DNA of 64,000 bases from Desulfobacterales bacterium (lineage in GTDB: Bacteria > Desulfobacterota > Desulfobacteria > Desulfobacterales > UBA5852). A program made the position numbers and the translations under genes. Shown piece after piece: positions 38,463-50,500 of the stretch. The number at the start of each line of letters is the position of its first letter. Within the stretch, counting starts at the first letter, position 1. The notes below the pieces were generated by a model. It worked only from the letters and a program-made list of their open reading frames with translations. It was not told where the DNA came from and did not search any database. The stretch is taken from the NCBI GenBank assembly GCA_963674755.2, contig CAXXVS010000003.1, forward strand, positions 1,600,001 through 1,664,000. Direction: 5' to 3'.

Positions 38463-38506
38463 GACATCGTCAAGGTCACCCCGATGGCAGACCGGTTGTT
38501 TTGTTT
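38445..38506 (+). terminator. Riboswitch expression-platform terminator
   Basis: AGCCGGGCTGCC (38445-38456, aptamer 3' strand) pairs with GGCAGACCGGTT (38486-38497); followed by GTTTTGTTT. Confidence 0.65.
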
Positions 38507-38556
38507 CAGGCTGATTTCATCACACACGTATCCACCCACCAACACTTGGGGGAATC

Positions 38557-41500
38557 ATGTTGAATCGGGTATTCACCGCATCGTCGCGCTGGTTGCCGGT
38601 ATGTTTAAGGAGAGATTTCCGGAGGCAGGCCTCTTCCGTCGCTCTTATCGGCATCTTGTCGGGTATCGGGTTCATGGCAGGCGGTCTGTTGCCAGTGCCC
38701 TTGGTGCGGGCCGATGATGAGATTTCCGTTACCGTTGTCACGGGAACCGCTGCCGGAGACGCGATGACAATTGCCGATCCGATTGACGCCCAGGCGGGTC
38801 TCCTGACGGATGAAAGCGAAAAGATTGCGGCTTCGGCCACCGCCCTCGACGCCCAGGCGGGCAACGATACGGTTTTCAGTGGATCCGCCGTAGCGGCGCA
38901 TTCAGATGCAACCGCATTGCTCCTGCAGATCCTGGATGCCAAAACCCAGGCCTTGGCCAAGAGCTTAGGGCTTGTAGCAGGGGATGGCGACGATATGGTC
39001 ACCAACAGTGGATCGGTGACCGTTGACGCGGTGTCGGACGGGGCCTATGCTGGTGGACTTCTGTTCGATATCGGTGACCGCGATGATGAGGACCGCAAGA
39101 TCGATATCTCCTTGAGCACCGAGGCCGGATCGACGGCCATCGATACCGGCGACGGTGATGACACGGTCGATAATGAGGCTATCCTGGACGCCGATGCCGT
39201 AGCGATCAGCGGCGGAACGGCGGATCAACTGACGGCCGAGCTCGAAGATTCACTGTCACTGACCGCGCAATCTTCGGCCAAGGCCGAAACCACCGGCATT
39301 TCCTCCGGCGACGGTGATGACAACATCAACAATTCATCCACGATCTCTACCGTGGCCACGGCCACTAGCGGCGCATTGGGTTTGGATCTTTCGGCGGGGG
39401 AAAATGCCGAGGGTGACAAGGCCAAACTAGAACTGGAGGTCTCGGCGAAGGCCGAGGCGATGGCGATCGGCATTCAATCCGATGGGGACGATCCTGCCGA
39501 GGAAGATAAAGATGCCTCCCCCTTTGGGCTGGACGGACTGCGCGTCACGTATACCAAAGAAACAACAGCCGAGAGTGGTTCGGACGACATTGTCAATCGT
39601 GCGGATATAGAATCCGTGGCCACGGCCACCAGCGGTGCCGGAGCGGCATCCATTGATATCGGTATAGACGGCGCGGTCCAGATCAAAGCCAACGCCGAAG
39701 CCAAGGCGGAGAGCATCGGCATCGCGGCCGGCGCGGCCGGGGATTCCATTTTCAACCATGGTCATTTGAGCGCCACCGCAACGGCCACGGTGGGCGCCTT
39801 GAGTGCGTCTTTTCAAGTCGGTGAGGCCTCCACGGACGGAGACACCTCATCGGAAAACAATACCAGCAGTCAAAGTGATGCCAAGGCCACGGCCCGCGCG
39901 GTCGGAATAGCGTCCGACGGCGAAGGCCAGTTCAAATCGGTATCGGCCTCGGCGGAGATCAGCGATACGGCTCTGGTGAGCCATTATGCGCAGACGGAAG
40001 GCACCCTGAGCGCGGCCGATCAGCTCACCAACGAGGGTGCTATCACGACCGTGGCGACGGCGACTTCGGGCAGCGCGGGGGCCGCCATCGACATCATGGC
40101 GGGCGGATCGATGGCATCCCAAGCCAATGCCGAAGCCACATCCGAGGCGGTGGCGATTTTTACCGGGGGCGGAGACGACACGGTCAGCAATACGGGTGCC
40201 CTGGATGCGGTGGCCACATCCACGGCCGACGCCATCAGTGTCGGACTTGCGGCGGCGGAATCCCAGGACGACGATAGCGGCGATGATGCAGATGAGAGCG
40301 GCAGCGTAAAAAGCGAAAGTGGATCCAAAGCCACGGCAACGGCCAAGGGTATCGACACCGAAGGGGAGGCCCAGTCGAAAAGCCTGGAAGTGGACCTGGC
40401 CATCAGCCGATCGGGGATTACAGCCGGGTTTGAATACCGCCGGGAAGCGGCTTCCGGCAGCGACACGGTGGACAATCAGGGAACGATTTCGGCCGTATCG
40501 ACGGCCACCTCGGGCAGCGGGAGTGCCGCCATCGACATCATGGCCGGTGGATCGGTGGAATCCAAAGCCAACGCCGAAGCCAACGCCGAATCGGTGGCTA
40601 TTTTTACCGGGGGCGGGGACGACACCGTCACCAATACTGAAACAGGCGAGCTGGATGCGGTGGCCACCGCATCCGCCGGGGCGGTGGGCGTCACTGTGGG
40701 CGTCTCCGATTCTTCCGACCAGGATGATGATGGGGGAATTATAAACAACCTGCGGGAGCGCTTCTGGCCGACCGTCCACAGCGAGGCGAATGCGACCGCC
40801 ACGGCTACGGCTACGGGCATCGATGCGGAAGGCACGGCCGAGGATACATCCTTCGCTGTCGATGGTTCCCTCGATCGGCAGGGCCTGGCCCTGAATTTGG
40901 CTTACGGGGAAAGCCAGGCCAGCGGCAATGACCGGGTTGAAAACGATGGCGCCATCACGGCCGTTGCCACCGCCACCAGCGGAGCCGGCAGTGTAGATGT
41001 CCAGGTGAATTCCGACGGCACGGCCGCGGCGGAGGCCAATTCAACGGCCACGGCCCGGGCGGATGCCATCCGGACCGGCAGCGGCGATGACCGGGTGGAC
41101 AACGAAGGTGCCCTATCGGCCGTGGCGACCGCCACCGCGGGCGCCCTGAGCGTCGGTGTCGCCCATGCGGAGGGCGACGACACCAAAGCCCGGGTGGAAG
41201 CCAAAGCCACCAGTACGGCCAAGGCCAACGGTATCGATACCGAGGGGGACAGCGATTCCCGCGCAGTGGTGTTCGACCTGGGCCTCTCCCGGGAGGGCCT
41301 GCACGTCCATTACAATGACACCCGAACAGCGGCCAGCGGCAACGACGTCGTGGTAAACCAGGCCGGGGTGACAGCTGTTGCCACGGCCAGCAGCGGTGCG
41401 GCAGCCGTTCCCGTGAGCATCGACGGGTCCGCGGCGGCGGACGTCACCTCCAAGGCCACTTCCGGCGCCGCAGCCATCTCCACCGGCGGCGGCCGGGACG

Positions 41501-44500
41501 TTATCGACAACAACGGCGACCTCGCGGCGACTTCCACGGCCACTTCCGCCGCCTTGGCGGTAGCCTTCGGTCAGCAAACCCAATCCACCGGCAAAACCAA
41601 GGCGAGCGTCAAGGCCGGGGCAACGGCTACGGCCGACGCCGTGGGGATTGCGGCCGATGGCGACAGTGGCGATCAAAGCACGGACTTTGCCTTGGATCTG
41701 ACCGAAGCGGGATTGGGGAGCCGTTTCGCCAAAACCCGGACGGCCGTCGACGGTGACGATACCCTCACCAATACCGGCGATGTCACGACAACGGCCACGG
41801 CCTCGAGCGGAGCGGCCGGGGTCGCCGTCGCCATCGACGGAGCGGCGGCGGTGGATATTACGTCCACCACCAAAGCCCACGCCACCGGCATCGATACCGG
41901 CGGCGGCGACGATACCATCGACAATCAGGGCGCAATCACGTCGACAGCCACCGCCACCTCCCTGGCCCTTGGCGTGGGGGTCGGCGCGAAAAGCGGTTCC
42001 AGCGGCAAGGCCAGCTCCAAGGTCGAGGCCACGGCCAAATCGGAAGCCCGGGCCATCGGCATTACCACCGACGGCGACCAGCAGGACACCGCGCTCGCAA
42101 TCGGCCTCGCCATAACCGAAAACGGGCTGGGTGCGCGCTATTACCAGTCCAAGACGCCGGTGTCGGGCGATGACCACCTGACCAATACCGAGGCGGTGAC
42201 GGCCGTGGCGACCGCCACCAGCGGCGCGGGGGCCGTCGGCGTGACCACCGAAGGCTCCGCCAAGAGTGATGCCGGCGCCGAGGCCAAGGCTGACGCACGG
42301 GCCCTGGACCTTGGCGGCGGCAGCGATACGGTCGACAACAGCGGGGCCCTGTCGGCGGTCGCCACCGCCACGGCGGCGGCCGTCGAGGTCTCGGTTTCCG
42401 GAAAGGGAACCACCATCGCCAACAACGGGATCTTCAGCGCCGGCACGAAGGCGGACGCCCGGTCCGTGGGTATCGCCGGGACGGGGGCGGAAAACGCCGA
42501 AACGCTGGATGTCACCCTGGGGGTCGATTTCAATGCGGTGAGCGCCGAATTCGGTTTCGAAAAGATCGCCGACGGCATCGGGGCCGACGGCGACGATACG
42601 GTCATCAACAATGCCGCCATCACCGCCGTGGCCACGGCCACGGCGCCGGAGGTCAGTGTGGCCGTGACCAGCGAAGGCATCGCCGCATCCCTGACCAGCA
42701 CCGAGGCCAAAGCGGACGCCGCCGCCATCCGCACCGGCCACGGCGATGATGTCATCATGACCGACGGCAGCCTGAGCGCGGTCGCCACGGCGACGGCTGC
42801 GGCCGCCAATGTCGCCGTCACCGGCAAGGGTCTGGCCGTGGCCGGCAACGCGGTCTGGGACGGCGGGATCAAGGCCGATGCCAAGGCGGCCGGCATCCAT
42901 TCCGAAGGCGGGGATAAGGATAGTTTGACCGTCGATGTCGGGGCATCGCTGCAAGGCGTCGCCGTCGTTTATGGCAAGACCAAGGAATTGGCCAGCGGGG
43001 AAGACACCGTGACCAATGACGGCGATATCACCGCCACGGCGGTGGCCGCCGCTCCCGAAGTGTCCGTCGCCGTAGCATCCCAGGGCATGGCCGCTTCCAT
43101 CTCTACATCCACCGCTAATTCGGAGGCTTTCGGGATTCGCACCGGCGATGCGGATGATACCATCACCAACCGGGGTTCCATTACCGCGACGGCCAACGCC
43201 GATGCGGTGGCCGTCAATGTCGCCGTGGCGCCCACCGGGGTCAGTGCCGCAGGCAACAACTTCTGGAGCGGAGGCAACAAGGCCCAGGCCAGCGCCTTCG
43301 GCATCGATGCCGACGGGGAGACGGCTTCGGAAACAAGGAGCTATTTCGGGGCCGACAACGACGGCGTGGCTTTCACTTACACGCAGGAGGAAAGTCTGGC
43401 CAACGGCGACGATGTCATCCGCAATGACGGGGACGTGGCCGTCACGGCCGTTGCGGCGGCGCCCACCGCGAGCGTGGCTGTCACAACGGAGGGGGTGGCG
43501 GCCGCCATGTCCACCGCCACGGCCAAGAGCGATGCCCGGGCCATCCGCGGCGGTGACGGGGATGACGACATCGAAAATGCAGGCGATCTGACCGTTTTCT
43601 CCAATGCCGATGCCGCCGCGGTCAATGTTTCCGTGGTCCCCACCGGAGGGGTGTCAGTGGCCGGCAACAATTTCTGGGATGGCGGCACCCAGGCCGAGGC
43701 CCTGGCCGTGGGCATCGACGGCGACGGCGAATCCTTGAGCACATCGTCCACCAACGTTAGCGTGGGCGGCAACGGGATTGGGATCGAATATACCAGCAGC
43801 CGTCAGATGGCCAGCGGCGACGACCGGATCGTCAATTCCGGGAACATGGATATTACCGCGGTGGCCGTGTCGCCTGCGGTTTCCGCGGCGGTGACGGCGG
43901 CCGGGGTGTCGGCCGCCATATCGACCGCCAAAGCGACCTCGGATGCCAGGGCCATTCGCGGGGGGGACGGGAGCGATACGATCGAGAATACGGGCGATCT
44001 GACCGTCGTTTCGAATGCCGATGCGGCGGCGGTCAATGTCTCGGTCAATGCCGAGGGCGGTGTGGCCCTTGCGGCGGATGCGATCTGGGACGGCGGCACC
44101 ACGGCCGAAGCCAGGGCGATGGGTATCGATGCCGAGGGGGAATCGTCAACCAGCAGCACCACGAAGATCGCCATCGGCGCTTCCGTGGATTACGACCGGG
44201 ATAAAACCGATGAGGAGGCCACGGGCGACGATATCGTCAACAACCAGGGGGCCATCAATGCCTGGGCCGTTGCGGTGGCGCCTTCCGTGGCGGTTTCGGT
44301 GGTGGGGACCGGCGGGGTGGCCGGCGCTATCTCAACGGCCACAGCCAAAGCAGACAGCACCGCCATCAGTACCGGGGGGGGAGACGATACCATCCGCAAC
44401 AGCGGGGCGCTGACATCCGAAACCGTCGCTAATGCCGATGCAGTCAGTGTGTCGGTGACCGGTGTGGGCGGGGTGAGTGTATCCGGCAACAATGTTTGGG

Positions 44501-47500
44501 ACGGCGGCACCAAGTCGGAGGCGACCACCCGGGGCGTCGACAGCGGGGATGGCGATGACGTCCTGGAGAATCACGGCGCTATTGCCGCCACGGCAACCTC
44601 GGTGACGGCCAACGGTTCCGTGTCGGTGACCGGTGTGGGCGGGGTGGCCGGGGCGATTTCAACCTCCACCGCCAAATCCGACAGCGCGGCGATTCTAACC
44701 GGAGAGGGCGCTGACACGATCAAAAATTTCAGGAACCTCAGCTCGGGAGCTTCATCCATCGCCGCTTCCGTCAATGTTTCCGTCACCGGCGTGGGCGGGG
44801 TGAGTGTGTCCGGCAACAACGCCTGGGACGGCGGTACCAGGGCCGAAGCCAAATCCCGGGGCGTCGACAGCGGCGACGGCGACGATACGCTGGAAAACAG
44901 CGGCGACATAGCGGCCTGGGCCACCACCGTAGCGGCCAGCGGTGCAGTCTCGGTGGTGGGCGTCGGCGGCGGGGCGGGAGCCCTTTCCACCGCCACGGCC
45001 AAAGCGGACAGTGCTGCCATCGACACCGGCAGCGGCGAAGATACCATCACGAATACCGGTATGCTTTCATCGGAAGCCTTTGCCACCGGTGATGCCGCCA
45101 ATGTGTCCGTGACGGGTGTGGGCGGGGTGAGCGTTTCCGGCAACGATGTCTGGGACGGGGGCACCCTTTCCGAAGCGCAATCCCGGGGACTGACCAGCGG
45201 TGACGGCGACGACCACGTCGACAACTACGGTGCCATTTCCGCGACGGCAACGACGGTGACGGGCACCGGCGCCGTAGCGGTGACGGGTGTGGGCGGCGTC
45301 TCGGGCGCCATTTCAACCGCCACGGCCAAATCGGACGGCACGGCCATCGACACCGGGGACGGGGACGATGAGGTTACCAACAGCGGCAACCTGACGGCTG
45401 AAAGCAGTGCCGTGGCGGCGGCCGTCAATGTGTCGGTGACGGGCGTGGGCGGCGTCAGTTTGGCCGGCAACAACGCCTGGGACGGCGGGACCCTGTCCGA
45501 GGCCCGATCCAGGGGTATCGACAGCGGGGACGGCGACGACATCCTGAACAACAGCGGCGATATCGTGGCTATAGCCACGACGGTGACGGCCACCGGCGCG
45601 GTGTCCGTAACGGGCGTCGGGGGGGTATCCGGAGCGGTTTCGACCTCCACGGCCAAGTCCGACGCCGTCGCCATGGCCATGGGGGCGGGGGAGGACGAGG
45701 TTGCCAACAGCGGTGTGCTCGCTGCCCGCGCCTTTGCCAACGCCGACGGCCTCAACGTGGCCGTGACCGGCGTTGGTGGTGTATCGGTGGCCGGCAACAA
45801 CGCCTGGGACGGCGGGACCCTGGCCGAGGCCCGGGCCGCCGGCATCGACGGCGGGGACGGCGAAGCCCGCATCAGCAACACCAACCGCATAACGGCCACC
45901 GCCGATGCGGTGAGCGTGGCGGCGTCATTGAGCTACGTCACCTTCGGCGTTCCCCTGGCCATATCGACCTCCACGGCCGATGCCGACGCGGCCGCCCTCC
46001 GCTCCGGCGACGAAGACGACGAGCTGGCCAACAGCGGCGATTTGACGGCCGCTGCCGATGCCACCGCGGTGAGTGTCAATGTGGCGGTCACGGGCGCCGG
46101 GGTGGCCGGCGCCGGAGACGCCGTCTGGGACGGGGGTACCAAGGCGACGGCGGTGTCGGTCGGGGTGGATGCCCAGGCCGGCCAAGACATGATCCACAAT
46201 AACGGCGCGATGGCGGTCGATGCCGATGCCGTGACCAGTTCCACCAGTGTCGCGTTCACCGTGGCAGGCGTTTCCGGGGCGATTTCGACGTCCACGGCCA
46301 CCGCCGATGCCCAGGCCATATCCGCCGGAGACGGCGACGATACCCTGGTCAATGAGGGGGCCCTGGACAGCACGGCCAATGCCACCGCCGTGAGCGTCAG
46401 TTTCGCGGCCAGCGCCGGCGGGGCCGCCATTGCGGCGGATGCCGCATGGGACGGCGGTACCAAGGCCAATGCCTCCTCGCAAGGCCTGGCGGGTGGCCTG
46501 GGGAACGATGAGATCCGGAACACGGCCGGCATCGACGCCACCGCCGATTCGACCGCCAGCTCGAACAGTGTCGCCATGACCGTGGCCGGCGTTTCCGGTG
46601 CGGTTTCCACTGCCACCTCGATCGCTGACGCTGCTGCCATCGACGCCGGTGAGGGCAATGACACCATCGTCAACAGTGGGGATTTGACCGGAACGGCCGA
46701 CGCGGGCGCTACCAGTGTGAGTGTTACGATAACTGGCATGGGGGCGGCGCTGGCGACGGACGCCTTCTGGGACGGCGGGACGCAGGCGGATGCAACCGCC
46801 CGCGGCATAGCCGGCGGTGCGGGTGAGGATGAGATTACCAATACGGCTAACATCACGGCCGAGGCCGGATCCCATACAACGTCGGCCGCGGTCTCGGTGG
46901 TGGGGGGCGGCCTGGCCGGCGCCATGGCGGCCTCGACCGCAAGCGCTGCGGCCACGGCCATCGATGCGGGTGCGGATGACGATCGGGTGTACAACGACGG
47001 CGAACTCACGGCAACGGCGGCCGCCGAAGCCAGCGGTGTGAGTGTTGCCGTTACCAGTGTCGGGGCCTCGCTGGCGGGCGCCCTGGACAGCGCCACGACC
47101 GGAAACGCCCGGGCGGTCGGCATGGCAGGCGGGGAAGGGGCGGATTTCCTCACGAGCAGTGAATTGTCCGCCATGACCATCGATGCCCGTGCCGTTACGA
47201 CGGATACCGCGGTTTCGGTAGCGGCGGAAGGCCTGGCTGGGGCCGTTGCCGATGCCCTTGCCGTTGCCGAGGGGATTGCCATCGACGGCGGCGCTGACAA
47301 CGACCAGATTGCAAATGCGGGCCTGATTGTGGAAACCGTGGCTGCGGAGGCCAATTCCCGGGCGGTCGCGTTTACCCTGACGGGCGTCGAAGTCGCCGAT
47401 GCGAATGCGGAAAGCCGCGCCACGGCGACAGGCTTGTCGGGTGGTGCGGGTGACGATGTGGTCCGCAATTTCGGTTCCATTGCCCTGGAAGCAAACGCCG

Positions 47501-50500
47501 ATGCTGAAGGGCTGGCCATCGCCGGCACGCTGGGCGGTGCTTCCGTGGCAGGCGCCAATGCCACGGCAGGCGTCGAGGCCATCGGGCTGGAGGGGGAGGG
47601 CGGCGAAGACACCCTCATCAACACGGGGCGGATAGCTGGCGATGTCAATGCCACGACCCATGCCCGGACGATCAATGCCGCTCTGGCCGGATATGCCCTC
47701 AGCGAAGCGAACGCCACCGCAACGGTGAGCGCCCTGGGGATATCGGGCGGGGAGAGCGATGATACCCTCATCAACACCGTATCGGGCGACATCGATCTTC
47801 TGGCCACTGCGGATGTCTACGCCAATCAGGTGACCATTGCGGTGGCGGGCGCGGCCGACGGCGAAGCCAATGCCACGCCGGAAATAGAGGTCACCGGCCT
47901 TGCGGGAGGCGCCGGTGACGACGCGATTCTCAACGAAGGGCGGCTGACGCTGCGGAGCCGGTCGAAAAGTGAAGCCACGGGATCCAGTTGGACAGTCGCC
48001 GGATCGGCCAGCAGTCGTTCCGGCAACCAGGTGACCACCACGGTTAAGGGCATCACCGGGGGATCGGGAAACGACGACATCGTCAATACCGGCACGATTC
48101 AGGTCGGCCCCGGAGAGGACGCCACCGGAGACGACTACTGGATGGCAAGCCTGATTACCGACAGCTATTCCCTGGGGTTTGCCGGGGCCACCAATGCGGA
48201 AACAACGGCCTATGCCCATACCCTTTCAACCGGCATTGAAGGCGAGACAGGCGACGATCGCATCCAAAATGATGGTGATATCCTCGTCATGGCGACCTCA
48301 AGGAGTGAATCCACCAGCGGCACCCTCAACCTTTTTGGTTCCGGTGCGGCCGATTCGGATGCCGGCGCCTTGACCGTTGCGACCGGAATTATGGGCGGTG
48401 AAGGCGATGACCGGATTGTAACCGGTGGTGCTTCGCCAGCTTTGATCAGGGTAATTGCCGATTCGAATCTGACCATGGATGGTTCCCGGTTTGCGATCGG
48501 CGGCGGCGGAGCCGCCGGAGGGAAGCTGGTGGCGGAAACGGTTGCCGCGGGGATTTCCGGCGGCGACGGCGAAGACCTCCTGATCAATGCCGGCGACGTC
48601 AGCGTAACGGCTGTCTCGACCCTGAACTCCCAAGCCGGGTCGGATACGATTTTCGGCACCAGCGGCACGGGCCTGACCTCCGGGGCGACCACCGACGCGG
48701 CCGGCATGACCGGCGGCGACGGCGACGACGCGATTGAGAACACGGGCCGGATCGAAGTGGCGGCCACTGCAACCCTGACCCAGGACGGGTCGAGCTACAC
48801 CTTCGGCGGCACCGGCGAAACCGGCGGCGCGCTGGTAGCGGCGACCCGCGTGGTCGGGATCGCTGGTGACCTTGGGGGGGACATCATTCGCAACGCGGGT
48901 GACATCATTGTTGCGGCGGATGCCGATCTCGAATCCCGCGGAGATTCGGAAACCACATTCGGCACCTCCGAGGGCGGGGTAACCGTTGGCGCGGATGTGG
49001 AAACGGCCGGAATCGACGGCGGCGATGGCGATGACGCGATTGAAACCACGGGCCGGGTCGAAGTGTCGGCCGCCGCGACCCTTAACCAGGCCGGATCGAG
49101 CTACACCTTCGGCGGCACGGGGGAAACCGGCGGGACCCTGGCGGCGACCACCCGCACCGTGGGCATTGTCGGGGACGGAGGTGCGGACCATATCCGCAAC
49201 ACCGGTGTCATCGACGTTCAGGCCGATGCTGCGCTGACCTCAAACGGGGCGTCGGAAGCCACCTTCGGCGGGTCGTCCGCGAGCGTGGTGTCTGGCGGCC
49301 AATCCTATGCCGCCGGCATCACGGGCGGCGAAGACGACGATGTCATCGAAAACAATGCCGATGGCCGGGTGGATGTCCGGTCGTCTGCTGAAGTGACAAC
49401 GGAATCCATTGCCTATACCTTCGGAGGCGGATCGGGCACCGAGGCCATATTGACCGGCGATGCGACCGCCGTTGGCCTGGACGGCGGATCGGGCAACGAC
49501 CGCCTGGCCAGTCACGGGGTGGTTGACGTGGAGGCCGTTTCGACGCTGCAATCAACCGGCGGGGCCAAAAATACCCTCAGCCTCACCAGTGATGTGGATT
49601 CCACCGGCCGCTCCGCCGCCGCAGCCCAGGCGCGTGGTCTGGACGCCGGCGACGGAGACGACATTATCGCCGCCTCCGGGCAAATCGATGTTCGCGCCGC
49701 AGCGACCACCGAAGTCCTCAATGAAGCCCGCAGCGGGGCTTCCATCACCAGCGACAACGAGGCCGGTGCGATTACCCGGGCCGATGCGGATGCGGCGGGA
49801 CTTGCGGCCGGCGACGGCGCCAATCGCATTCACAACCAGAGCGAGCTGACCGTGGCGGCCGCAAGCACGGCCTATGCCTTTGCCTATGCCAGCGGCGCCA
49901 GCGTTTCCTTTGACGGCGACGGCCTGACAAGGGCCGAGAGCCGGGCCAATGCCACCGCCGCCGGTATCCGCGCCGCCGACGGCGACAATGTGATTGCCAA
50001 TACGGGGCAGGTGACCGTGACGGCGGATGCGACAACGGCCAAAGAACTCGAAACATCGATTACCATTTACAGCATGGGGGACGATGCGGAACCCATCGAC
50101 CCGCCGCAGACCTATGGGGAAGAGGAACTGCCGGCCTTTGTCGATGGCGAGGGCGATCCGATCGATCAGAACCGGACGGGCTATCCGGAAGGGACCATCC
50201 TTTTCTGGACCCGGGCACCCCTGGATCAGCAGGATCCCAATGTGGCCGCCCAAGGGGCTTACTACGTCGTGGTCGTCAGCGAGATCGACTCCGACGGTCC
50301 GGATGGTGAAGAAGAACCTTACGAACTATGGCAGTGGGAGCTCACCCAGCAGGTTGTGGCGGAAACGATCACCATTGCCGAGGACAGCTTCCCGTCCTAT
50401 GCGGCGGCCAACGGCAATGGCCTGGATGGTGACGGCAACGCCCGGGCGACAGGGTCGACGGTGGCCGAAGCCCGCGGTGTTCAACTGGGCGACGGGGACA

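Noticed and set aside
42856..46780. Regular repeats as a CRISPR array or DGR template/variable repeat
   Set aside because: The repeats are in-frame, degenerate at synonymous positions and 321-411 bp long; no cas or reverse transcriptase gene is in the window.
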